A DNA stretch of 64,000 nucleotides from NCBI RefSeq assembly GCF_022045235.1, contig NW_027266266.1:2046001-2110000 (forward strand), given 5' to 3'. Made by a program: the position numbers and the translations under genes. Positions 1-10,492 of the stretch are shown one piece after another. Each line of letters opens with the position of its first letter. Position 1 is the first letter of the stretch. Source of the DNA: Haliotis cracherodii. Lineage: Eukaryota. The notes beneath the pieces were generated by a model, which saw only the letters and a program-made list of their open reading frames with translations, was not told the origin of the DNA and searched no databases.

Positions 1-156
1 ACACCGTCATCTGATGGCGTCGCGAGGTGTTGATGGGCCTAAGTGTTCCTTGTTGAGACCTCCTGTACATGTTCTCCTGGCGACAAGGTGTGATGATTGT
101 CGGCGTCTTGGTAGTGGTCGGAATGGATTGATTGACACTTGTATATGGCATACCCC

Positions 157-368
157 GTGTTATGGCTTTTCGGACGCTTAAGAAACATTTGTAAATTTTT
201 CGTTAATCACAATAACAACTGTAAAACATCTCACTCACTAATAAAAGACAACTTTACCTTAAAAACAAGTCATCATCTGAGTATTTACAATGTCTGTTAT
301 AGCGCGAGTAATCGCGATAATCATGGACGTCCGAAAACGTAAGATGTCCGAAAAGCTATGATCCGGCG
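157..368. mobile_element. Short fold-back MITE
   Basis: TATGGCTTTTCGGAC / GTCCGAAAAGCTATG inverted repeat. Confidence 0.5.
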
Positions 369-1317
369 ACATATCTGTCAGGTTGAAGTAGAGTTTTATT
401 TTTATATAAATACGGAAAATACAACCCCATCCTCATACTTTCATGGTATCATATTTAATGTTTGAGAATTTAAATCGACGTTATATATAAATTTCAAAGT
501 TTAAAATTTATATATGAAATTACACCACCACCCCACTCTCAAAGGACTCGCGTGGGCGAACGCGCCCCGCAAGCACCTTTTGAATTTTATGATTCTTCTT
601 TTTAAAATACTCATTGTGCAGTGTTCTCTAGCTATCCAATAGTCCTACTTACAACTTTATGAGGACAAAGAATTTTAACAGATAAACGTTAACCTAAATA
701 ATCCGGACTAGTGGGAAACACGAAACATCGAGATAAGGCTAATTTAACGTATTTGAACAGGGTATTTTAGGTGACAGTTTCAAACATACATCACAAGGAC
801 AAGCCCCTTTAATTCTCAACCGTAGAGAGTGTAGGAACGACCATTGTTCTGTGGAGGCATTAAATTTTCATATGAGCAAATTTCCTGGTCATAATTTACA
901 CCTAACGTCCCACGAGAGCAAACCCCTGTAATTTAAAGTCACTCTCCTTTGATCAAAGACGGCCGTGCTGTGATTAGCCCTTCGCGGGATAGTGTCATTG
1001 TTGTTATCAATAAGGCAACACGCGTAGCTGCGTAACAGGCATTAGCTGCAGGGTCGTTTTCAGGGAATACCGTAAGTCCACGAATAAACGCCCAGATCCA
1101 ATGCACCGAAAGAAACTTATCCTTCCTTGAACAAACCTCTGGTCAAAACGCCTGGTTCCAATAAGACTTCTAAAACATTTAAAACAGAGAGACATGTCCA
1201 CAAAACCACAATATTTTATGCCAAAGAAACTCAATTCTAAGGGAAGTGGAAGCAGGACAGGGTCCGGTTTCACAAAGGGATCGTCAAGCTACAACTGTCG
1301 TCATTCTCTAACGTAGA

Positions 1318-1560
1318 GGGGACACGGGTGGCCCAGTCCCTTGGGCATGCAAGAAACCTATGATTGCGGGTTCGAATCCAGGTTCGCCCCGATTATGTTT
1401 CTAGGTTTGTCAGCACCATACTCGTGCTCGTGGGTTTCACCGAAGTGGTAAACGTCTGAGACCTGCATCACTTCGGGCTTTCCTCCCACATTAAGCCGGC
1501 ACGTCGTGATATAACTGGAATACTGTTAAAAGCGGCGTTAAACCCAGCTCACTCACTCAC
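1318..1560 (+). mobile_element. SINE family B copy inserted into a MITE
   Basis: TSD TCTAA(C/A)GTAGA at 1307-1317 and 1561-1571; host MITE 1260-1608 is related to 52610-52716. Confidence 0.85.
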
Positions 1561-2362
1561 TCTAAAGTAGACGGCCATAATGCTAAGCTCACTTTGTGAA
1601 GCGAGGCCAAGTGTGATGTACATGTAGTTGATTACACGCATGTAGCCTATCAAAACCAATAGTCTACATTAGAACCAGTTACAAACAAACAGTTGAAACC
1701 GACCGGTGGTTGAATAACCCAAGAGATTTGAGAGTATGTCCACAATGTAATTCCCAACTTGGAGAAGTATTTCACTACATAATGACGGAGGGTCGGGTAG
1801 CCTTGTGGTTAAAGCGTACGCTCGTCACACCGAACACCCAGGTTCGATTCCCGACATGGGTACAATGTGTGAAGCCCATTCCTGGTGTACCCCGCCGTGA
1901 TATTGCTGAAATATTGCTAAAAGCGGCGTAAAGCAATAATCACTCACTACATTTTGAAATGTTCATTTTTAGATGTAAGAAAATACATTGTTAACGAGTA
2001 CCACTATATATGTCCCAAACCTGAAAAATACCTTAAATTGTTTTCACAATTTAAAGTTTAATCGTTGAAAATTGAGAAAAGTTCTTACGATACAATCATA
2101 CTCAATTTAATTGTTATTGCCTCGTGCTATCTTGCTGTGCATGTATTACACGAGCTGTTTTTGTACTCGTGTGCCAGGTTCAGGTTTCTGAGGTTATAAA
2201 GAATGAGGGTGGTTAGGGAAATGAAGTACTGCAAATGAAAATCGTCTTTAATCCCTGATTTGTATCTGATTCGTCCCAAATCAGAACAACACCGTAGCCG
2301 TGTGTGTATCGCGAGAGTTGCATGTGTGTATCGCGAGAGTTGAATGTCTGGCCGATCGCGTG

Positions 2363-2449
2363 ATGATGCCAGACAGCGTGACCTCCAACGACCGTAAAGC
2401 TCCTCACAGCAAACTATACAGCTCTCACGAGGGCACCTATCTCTTTGAT
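2363..2449 (+). CDS. Candidate first coding exon of hillarin-like gene (MMPDSVTSNDRKAPHSKLYSSHEGTYLFD)
   Basis: ATG at 2363, open frame, phase-0 donor GAT|gtaact at 2450, compatible with the phase-0 acceptor at 3509. No homology support. Confidence 0.4.
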
Positions 2450-3021
2450 GTAACTTTACCTGTACCGCGGGACTCGTTCACCGGCGTGATGTGGAGCTTA
2501 ATGCTTCCTCAGATTACACGGCCGGATATAAATATGTACAGATAGAGCGGATGGAGGATCTAGTTGTCTGGAACTAGATAAATATCTGTCAACTGACAAA
2601 TTGAAATACTAGACAAACAGAATCCCTTATCGTGATGGTCATGACCCCCCACCCACAACCTGACCCCCACCCTCACCCCGACCCCCAACACCCTCGTGGG
2701 GATTCCGGGTTGGAATTGGTCCCCTGCAGCACGTGGTGTCGTGAGAGGTGACTAATGGACAACGCGGCCATGCTCAATGACTTTGTTCATTCGTGTCATC
2801 GTACCCCGACGTTGTGAATCGTTGCTCACAATATCAATCACTCGATTGTCCGGTCCGGCTCGATTATTTACAGGCCGCCATTATATAGATGGAATATTGC
2901 AAGACATGCACGCACGCACAATCACACGCGTACACACATGCAGAAAGACGGACACACCGACACACACATGCTGACATGACGTGATATAATTTAAGTTCTG
3001 TTTAAATCTGTTCACTTAACC

Positions 3022-3470
3022 ATTGTGTTATACTGCCCGTCCAACGCCTGTGTTGTGTCATTGTGTTATAGTGCCCGTCTACCGCCTGTGTTGTGTCATT
3101 GTGTTATAGTGCCCGTCTAGCGCCTGTGTTGTGTCATTGTGTTATAGTGCCCGTCCAACGCATGTGTTGCGTCATTGTGTTATACTGCCCGTCTAGCGCC
3201 TGTGTTGTGTCATTGTGTTATAGTCCCCGTCCAACGCATGTGTTGCGTCATTGTGTTATAGTGCCCCTCCAATGCCTGTGTTGTGTCATTGTGTTATAGT
3301 GCCCGTCTAGCGCCAGTGTTGTGTCATTGTGTTATAGTGCCCGTCTAGCGCCAGTGTTGTGTCATTGTGTTATAGTGCCAGTCTAACGCCTGTGTTGTGT
3401 CATTGTGTTGTAGTGCCCTCTAGCGCATGTGTTGTGTCATTGTGTTGTAGTGCCCGTCTAACCCCTGTGT
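3022..3470. repeat. 38-bp minisatellite
   Basis: TGTCATTGTGTTATAGTGCCCGTCTAGCGCCTGTGTTG units, ~11-12 copies. Confidence 0.9.
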
Positions 3471-3508
3471 CGAGGTAACACCTCTAACCTGTATGTTTTG
3501 TGTTCCAG

Positions 3509-3625
3509 ACTCGCGGCAGCGTCTACAACCCGGGATGGCAGTACGACGCCAACGCGCTCGAGTTCGCCCACTACAGGGAGATCTTCCTGAGGGGCAAGCA
3601 GAAGACGTCGACGGGAACCTACAGC
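3509..3625 (+). CDS. Hillarin/ltd-1/KY-like gene, exon (TRGSVYNPGWQYDANALEFAHYREIFLRGKQKTSTGTYS)
   Basis: ttccag| acceptor, |gtgagt donor, 117 nt, phase 0/0, GC3-rich codons. Confidence 0.8.
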
Positions 3626-3657
3626 GTGAGTACCTGTCTCACTGTTACACATGATTA

Positions 3658-4005
3658 GCACACTATCGACACACTACCGACACACTACCGACATACAACC
3701 GACTCACTATCGACACACTACCGGCACACAACCGACACACTATGGACACACTACCGACACACAACCTACACACTACCGGCACACAACCGACACACAACCG
3801 GCACACTACCGACACACAACCGACACACTACCGACACACAACCAACACGCTACTGACACACAACCGACACACTACCGACACACAACCGACACACTACCGA
3901 CACACAACCAACACACTACCGACACACAACCAACACACTACCGACACACAACCGACACACTATCGACACGCAGCCGACACGCTATCGACACACTACCGGC
4001 ACATT
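3658..4005. repeat. 11-bp minisatellite
   Basis: CACAC(T/A)ACCGA units. Confidence 0.9.
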
Positions 4006-4532
4006 ACCCACACCTCACACACCCACACCTCACACACCCACACCGAGGAGAAGGAAGACAAGTCTTCTAAAAGACTCTCAACGTGTTCGCCATTCAACAC
4101 TTGTTGGCCATTTTAAACTAGAAAAAGGTCGACATATTTCAGAATTCAGCACATCACGGACATATTTCCGTACAGTCCTAGGCAGAAAACTGCTACAGCT
4201 GTCAGGACAGTGTCGGGCTAATTTACAAAGAAACTCTCATAGCTGACAGTACTCAAGTGTCATGACACTACTGGTGAAAGATCATAATCATTTAAATTGC
4301 ATATTTTCAAAATGCGTAAAATGTTCGATTGTGGAATGGTGTACGTTGTCGCCCATGGGCTTGGGCTGATTCTCCTGGTGTGAAACACAGCTACCCACTC
4401 CATCAACCTGGATCATATCCTCGTCGTTACGATCCTGACACGACCCTGAATGCGGCAGGGTGTTTGGATGTAAGACGTTGATCGGTGTTCGTGCTCTTGA
4501 CCTCTGAACTGTTTGACCAAGACCACCATGGC

Positions 4533-4917
4533 NNNNNNNNNNNNNNNNNNNNNNNNNNNNNNNNNNNNNNNNNNNNNNNNNNNNNNNNNNNNNNNNNNNN
4601 NNNNNNNNNNNNNNNNNNNNNNNNNNNNNNNNNNNNNNNNNNNNNNNNNNNNNNNNNNNNNNNNNNNNNNNNNNNNNNNNNNNNNNNNNNNNNNNNNNNN
4701 NNNNNNNNNNNNNNNNNNNNNNNNNNNNNNNNNNNNNNNNNNNNNNNNNNNNNNNNNNNNNNNNNNNNNNNNNNNNNNNNNNNNNNNNNNNNNNNNNNNN
4801 NNNNNNNNNNNNNNNNNNNNNNNNNNNNNNNNNNNNNNNNNNNNNNNNNNNNNNNNNNNNNNNNNNNNNNNNNNNNNNNNNNNNNNNNNNNNNNNNNNNN
4901 NNNNNNNNNNNNNNNNN
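4533..4917. other. Assembly gap (others at 47558-47700 and 55787-55955)
   Basis: Runs of N. Confidence 1.
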
Positions 4918-5233
4918 ATGCAATCAATCACTCAATAGTACAAACACCAAATCATTCAACCACACACTCTACCACTCACACACATCCGAATCACAAACTC
5001 ACTATAAACGCATTCACTCAATCGCACGCATACACAAATACTCTCTCTCTCGCCCACTCACACTTACCAGCAATCTGCCTTACACTCTCACAAATCTCAT
5101 ATGCTACTCTAAACAAGTTAAGAACCTTTTGATTCCTTCATATTACTATAGTCTACTGACGTGCCATGACATTCACTTATTCACTCAACCAATCACCCAC
5201 CCTAGATATATCTCAATCAATGGTATTTTCAAA

Positions 5234-5658
5234 CCGTGAAGATCCGGGTTAGAATAGGTCTTAACTAACCCATGCTTGTCGTAACAGGGGACTGTGCTTG
5301 TCATAAGAGGCGACTAACGGGATCGGGTGGTCAGCTAACTTGGTTAATGCATGTCATCGTATTCCAACTGCGTAGATCGATGCTTGTGACATCATTCACT
5401 GAATTGTCTGGTCCAGACTCGATTATTTACAGACCGCCGTCATATAGCTGAAATAATGCTGAGTGCGGCGTTAAACGACAAACAAACAAAGCATAGATCA
5501 ATGCTTATGATGTCGAGCACTGGATTGTCTGGTCCAGACTCGATTATTTCCGGTCCGCCGTCATATAGCTGAAATAATGCTGAGTGCGGCGTTAAACGAC
5601 AAACAAACAAAGCATAGATCAGTGCGTATGATGTCAATCACTGGATTGTCTGTTCCAG
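5234..5658 (+). mobile_element. Family C copy with tandemly reiterated 3' part, ending exactly at a splice acceptor
   Basis: Full 5' end at 5234; ~121-bp 3' segment repeated; last copy ends GGATTGTCTGTTCCAG. Confidence 0.85.
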
Positions 5659-6042
5659 GACTACGAGAAGTGTGGCGTGTTCGACGCCCAGCTGGAGTTG
5701 GAGGGGGAGCAGAAGAAGGAGGAGGACGAGCTGTACGCCACCCTGAAGATGGAGAGGCAGAAGAAGGTGAAACGTCTGGAGGAAGAGCTGAAGGTGGAGA
5801 AGGACAACTCGGTGAGGGACCTGGTCTCCACGCTGGAGCGCTTCTCCCCCCAGAAGGGGAAGAGCGGGCTGGCGAAGGAGACGGAGCGCCTGGAGGAACA
5901 CTACAAGCTGAAGAGGGAGGAGAAGATGAAGAGGCTGATTGAGAAGATGTCGGTGGAGGAGAGGCAGCACGTGGCCCGGCTGATCCAGAAACACAGCCAG
6001 GAGATGTTGCTGATGATTGCAGAGAGGTTGTCCACTGTTGAT
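5659..6042 (+). CDS. Hillarin-like gene, coiled-coil exon (DYEKCGVFDAQLELEGEQKKEEDEL...ERLSTVD)
   Basis: ttccag| acceptor, |gtaagt donor, 384 nt, phase 0/0, E/K-rich helical sequence, strong codon bias. Confidence 0.88.
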
Positions 6043-6061
6043 GTAAGTTGCCGTCACGGGG

Positions 6062-6675
6062 ATGGAGGGCCCATATCATAAAAGTGGAGGGTCCGTATTA
6101 TAAAAGTGGAGGGCCGGTATTACAAAAGTGGAGGGTCCGTATTACAAAAGTGGAGGGCCCATATTATAAAAGTGGAGGGTCCGTATCACAAAAGTGGAGG
6201 GTCCGTATTACAAAAGTGGAGGGTCCGTATTATAAAAGTGGAGGGCCGGTATTACAAGAATGGAGAGCCTACATTATAAAAGTGGAGGGTCCGTATTACA
6301 AAAGTGGAGGGTCCGTATTATAAAAGTGGAGAGCCGGTATTACAAAAGTGGAGGGTCCGTATTACAAAAGTGGAGGGCCCATATTATAAAAGTGGAGGGT
6401 CCGTATCACAAAAGTGGAGGGTCCGTATTGTAAAAGTGGAGGGCCGGTATTACAAAAGTGGAGGGCCCATATTATAAAAGTGGAGGGTCCGTATCGCAAA
6501 AGTGGAGGGTCCGTATTATAAAAGTGGAGGGCCGGTATTACAAAAGTGGAGGGTCCGTATTACAAAAGTGGAGGGCCCATATTATAAAAGTGGAGGGTCC
6601 GTATCACAAAAGTGGAGGGTCCGTATCACAAAAGTGGAGGGTCCGTATTACAAAAGTGGAGGGTCCGTTACAAAA
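6062..6675. repeat. 22-bp minisatellite
   Basis: CAAAAGTGGAGGGTCCGTATTA units, ~27 copies. Confidence 0.93.
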
Positions 6676-7110
6676 CTGACTAATCCGAATACATTTGCTA
6701 AGCATGTAGAGTGCCTGCTACTACACAGCACGTGTAGTGATATGACCCCTTTATTGAGAAGGGTCCACCAGCGCAAGAGACGGTGGGGTAGCCTAGTGGT
6801 TAAAGTGTTTGCTCGTCACGACGAAGACCCAGGTTCGATTCCACACATGGGTACAATGTGTGAAGCCCATTTCTGGATATTGCTGATATAACAGCGGCGT
6901 AAAATCTTACTCACTCACTCTACTCGTACTCTAAACATACTTACGATAGTCGCAGCCCTAAGGTCGCTTTGTACAACAGGGCACAGGTCCCGGAACCTCG
7001 TCAAAACTTCAACACTACGAGTAGCATCATGACATTGTTAGCTAGACATACTGGTTGTCCTGAAACACGTGTTGTGAAGACACGCTACTGATCGGCTCAT
7101 TCTTCCTGAG

Positions 7111-7274
7111 GGGCGGTCGGGTAGCCTAGTGGTTAAAGCGTTCGTTCGTCACGCCGAAGACCCGGGTTCGATTCCCGACATGGGTACAATGTGTGAAGCC
7201 AATTTCTGGTGTCCCCCGCCGTGATATTGCTGGAATATTGCTAAAAGCGGCGTAAAACTATACTCACTCACTCA
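7111..7274 (+). mobile_element. tRNA-derived SINE family A (~165 bp), with TSD
   Basis: A box TAGCCTAGTGG, B box GGTTCGATTCC, (ACTC)n tail, TSD CTCATTCTTCCTGAG; other copies ~1790-1948, 6782-6920, 8988-9148, 16590-16692(-), 26692-26848(-), 53290-53420(-), 63068-63210. Confidence 0.9.
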
Positions 7275-7691
7275 CTCATTCTTCCTGAGTAACAGGTGAA
7301 TGTCTTGAAGCAGTGGCTGAGAATGTATAATCTTATTTTAAATGGTCGATCACTGATTGAATGATTATTATGTGGCCGAGACGGGTCTGGGTGCAGCCTA
7401 TTCTTGTAGGTGCCCTGTACTGCGCCATTAGCAGCAGCCAATAGGGATCGGGTGGTCAGGTTCTCAGATAGGGTTGGTTTTGTGTCCTACGTACCCCGAT
7501 TTCGAGGACCGTTGGTAGTATTGCTATTGTACATAGAGAAGTACAGGGCAGATATGGAGGACCAAAATATAAAAATTCTCCCGTTTGAGTTAAACGTTAA
7601 CGTCTTCTCAACAGTAGACAGTGTATAGAACAGTAGAATGTTGTCTGTCGTGGAGCTGCCCCGAGACTGAAGTCGCCCTCTTGTTCCACAG

Positions 7692-7835
7692 GACCGGAGC
7701 TCCCCTGACTCCGAGGACCGGTCACCCACCATCGACCTGTCCCGCCCCCCACCCGTGTCACCGCCGGAGTTCAAGAAGGCCCAACTCTTCAAGAGTCCGA
7801 CCATCTTTGAGAAGCTGGACAACCATGTTCTAGAT
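7692..7835 (+). CDS. Hillarin-like gene, exon (DRSSPDSEDRSPTIDLSRPPPVSPPEFKKAQLFKSPTIFEKLDNHVLD)
   Basis: ccacag| acceptor, |gtgagt donor, 144 nt; PP..PP..KK...F..LD.H motif precedes KY-type transglutaminase-like domains. Confidence 0.88.
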
Positions 7836-7910
7836 GTGAGTATCGCGGGCTGACTCGGTCACCACTCACTGTTCTCAAATAAATGGGGAGGGGAAATACA
7901 CGTTCCCCAG

Positions 7911-8362
7911 CAATCTCATTAAAATCAGATCTTAGTTCTCGCTACCGCTAAACAAAGATCTGAGGACATCCCATTACGGGTCACGTCAGACCGACCTTGC
8001 GCGAACTTTGACCGACCTATGGAATGACCAATCAGAAGGCAGCTTTCTCGTGCTTTGCGGCACTAATTCCAAATTGGCAACTACGCTTCGAAACATATTT
8101 TGACAAATTCTCGATTACAAATTTGAAACCTGAACAAAAGAACATTCTGGAATGGCTAATAGATGGTCTAGATGGTATGGATTCAGTCGTTAAACCCGTA
8201 ACTATCGTTCGGAGTTAAAGTTTTCGAGGCTGCATGATTAGAAATCACATTCCGACTGTCACTTTCATAATCTGGTAAGCGATGCTCTGATTGGTCGGGT
8301 GAAAGGACGTTCTGACGTGACCCCGAATGGGATGTCCTCAGATCTTTGTTTAGCGGTAGCGC
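7911..8362. mobile_element. Fold-back MITE with long TIRs and a possible RecQ-helicase N-terminal remnant
   Basis: GCTACCGCTAAACAAAGATCTGAGGACATCCCATT..GGGTCACGTCAGA inverted at ~8310-8361; same terminus at 59613-59695, ~42895, ~46848, ~50955. Confidence 0.8.
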
Positions 8363-8697
8363 TATAGAAGTACGATAATCTTGAACGCGACGTTAAACCC
8401 CATTTCACAACCACCATAAAGAAGACGGACAGTGACAGCGTATTTTTCGCCTGGAAAAGGCCAACAAATTGATTTCGAAATCGTAATTGTGGAATTGATG
8501 GATTTAGCTACTTCCGGGTTCTGGAAAATACCGATCTGTGTGAACACTAAACAGATATTCCTGGATAAAGGAGGTTACATCAGTCTGAAGCAATAGGTGC
8601 AAGATGGATAAATCACAACCGGGGGATAAGTGATTACTTTTACTTTTGTGAAGACTTTGCGACTTACAGATCTGTTTTCACCGTTGTTTTTTGTCAG

Positions 8698-8780
8698 GTG
8701 GCGAAGGAGGGCTACACAACGTTCACCAATCTTGTGAAGGACTTGATCGTGGAGTGTGAGACGGACCTGGAGAAGACAAG
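8698..8780 (+). CDS. Hillarin-like gene, exon (VAKEGYTTFTNLVKDLIVECETDLEKTR)
   Basis: ttgtcag| acceptor, AG|gtgggt donor, phase 0/2; TDLEK.R motif of KY/hillarin family. Confidence 0.88.
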
Positions 8781-9440
8781 GTGGGTAGTTGATCGCCGGA
8801 AGTAGGGCAACAATGGACATTGAAACACAACTGTCCAATGAAACGTCGCCGTTTGGTCAAGTGGAATGCACTTATACCATATACGTACACATTATAATGC
8901 ACGTACTTTCCGTGTTAAATGGGCTAGATGTGTTCGTTTCAAATGTGAAATAGAGAATCTTGACAGTACACTTTCGGAAAAGGAGTGATGGGGTAGCCTA
9001 GTGGTTAAAGCGTTCGCTCGTCACGCCGAAGGCCCGGGTTCGATTTCCTACATGGGTAGAATATGTGTAGAAAAGTCCGTTTCTGGTGTTCCCCGCCGTG
9101 ATATTGCTGGCATATTGCTAAAAGCGGCGTAAAACGATACTCACTTACTATCGGAATAAATTAAAAGCATGTATCCTTTTGTCACAGTCCCCCTGTCTTT
9201 CGCGATAGCTTTTACGTTACACTCATTTCCCCATTGATTCTTCCTCAGAAACTGTTTGCGTTGCCCCGTCTACACTCAACCCCCCAGCCACTCACACCCA
9301 CACCATCCTAATGTTACAATCGGTATACAAAATGTATCGCAAGTATCAAATCCACATATAGACGCGTTAGACATGTATACGCTTGACAAGTTTTAAAAAT
9401 ACCGCATGCATTAAAAATATATCCATTCTTGGCACTTCAG

Positions 9441-9584
9441 GGCTATTTTCCGGTGGGTGACGTGGACAGATCTGAACACCCTCGACATGGAGGAGAGTGT
9501 TAAGCCGGACTCCCCCCTGTCTCTACTGCGCGGCATCAAGTACGGGACGGAAACCTACCATGACCTTTTCAAGCGACTCTGCAG
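9441..9584 (+). CDS. Hillarin-like gene, exon (AIFRWVTWTDLNTLDMEESVKPDSPLSLLRGIKYGTETYHDLFKRLCS)
   Basis: cttcag| acceptor, AG|gtatgg donor, phase 2/2; RAIFRW and Y..LFKRLC motifs. Confidence 0.9.
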
Positions 9585-10087
9585 GTATGGCTATTACGAA
9601 CGCTGAATTTCAGTTCATGAGTAGTAATAATCCTGGATATAACGAACTCAGAGAGGCCTTGACAATATGTTCGTCATATCCATAGTCCGATGTTCACATC
9701 CAAATCACTATTACGCTACACTCGTAGATTAATTGGGGCACGGGTGGCCCAGTCGTCTAAGGCGCCGCGATTCGCCGCTCCGCGAACCTACGATTGTGGG
9801 TTCAAATCCTGGTTAGCCCCGATTATCTTTCTAGGTTTGTTAGCACCATACCCAGACTCGTGGGTTTTACCGAAGTGGTAAACGTTTGAGACCTGAATCA
9901 CTTTGGGCTTTCCTCCAACATTAAGCTGACAGGCCGTGATATAACTGGAATGCTGTTAAAAGCGGCGTTAAACCCAACTCACCCAATCCAAATTGAATAC
10001 TTTTAGGTCTGGATACAGGATATCTACACAGGTATGGAAGAAATCAAAGCCGGCTAATTGTTAGGGTCAGGTGCAAAACGAACACTG

Positions 10088-10492
10088 GAATGTCCCGAGC
10101 TTTAGATAAAGGCTGTACGGTATGTGGAATACCCAATGCAATGTCCCGGGCTTTTAAAACAGGCTGTACGGTATGTGGAATACTCAATGCAATGTGCCAA
10201 GCTTTTAATAAAGGCTTTACTTTATGTGGAATACCGAATGCAATGTCCCGGGCATTTAATAAAGGATGTACGGTATATGGAATACCGAATGCAATGTCCC
10301 GGGCTTTTAATAAAGGCTTTACGGTATGTGGAATACCGAATGCAATGTCCCGGGCTTTTAATAAAGGCTTTACTTTATGTGGAATACCGAATGCAATGTC
10401 CCGGGCTTTTAATAAAGGCTGTCCGGTATGTGGAATACTCAATGCAATGTCCCGGGCTTTTAATAAAGGCTTTACGGTATGTGGAATACCCA
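10088..10492. repeat. 51-bp minisatellite (~8 copies)
   Basis: AATGTCCCGGGCTTTTAATAAAGGCTTTACGGTATGTGGAATACCGAATGC. Confidence 0.92.

Noticed and set aside
3651-4116. His/Thr-rich ORFs
   Set aside because: Translations of an intronic 11-bp repeat, same pattern in several frames
4288-5132. Long ORFs spanning N runs (also near 47558 and 55787)
   Set aside because: Artefacts of assembly gaps
5561-6079. Antisense and alternative-frame ORFs over the coiled-coil exon (also 39973-40308, 43904-44239, 57352-57807)
   Set aside because: Shadows of the real coding frame
6062-6675. Unit contains ATAAAAGTGGAGGG, which as I recall matches the 3' strand of a plant twister ribozyme
   Set aside because: The other required elements (UAA cleavage strand, GGUCCCAAGCCC-type loop) are absent; treated as coincidence
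7111-7185. tRNA genes
   Set aside because: tRNA-like heads are fused to SINE bodies, tails and TSDs; no poly-T terminator
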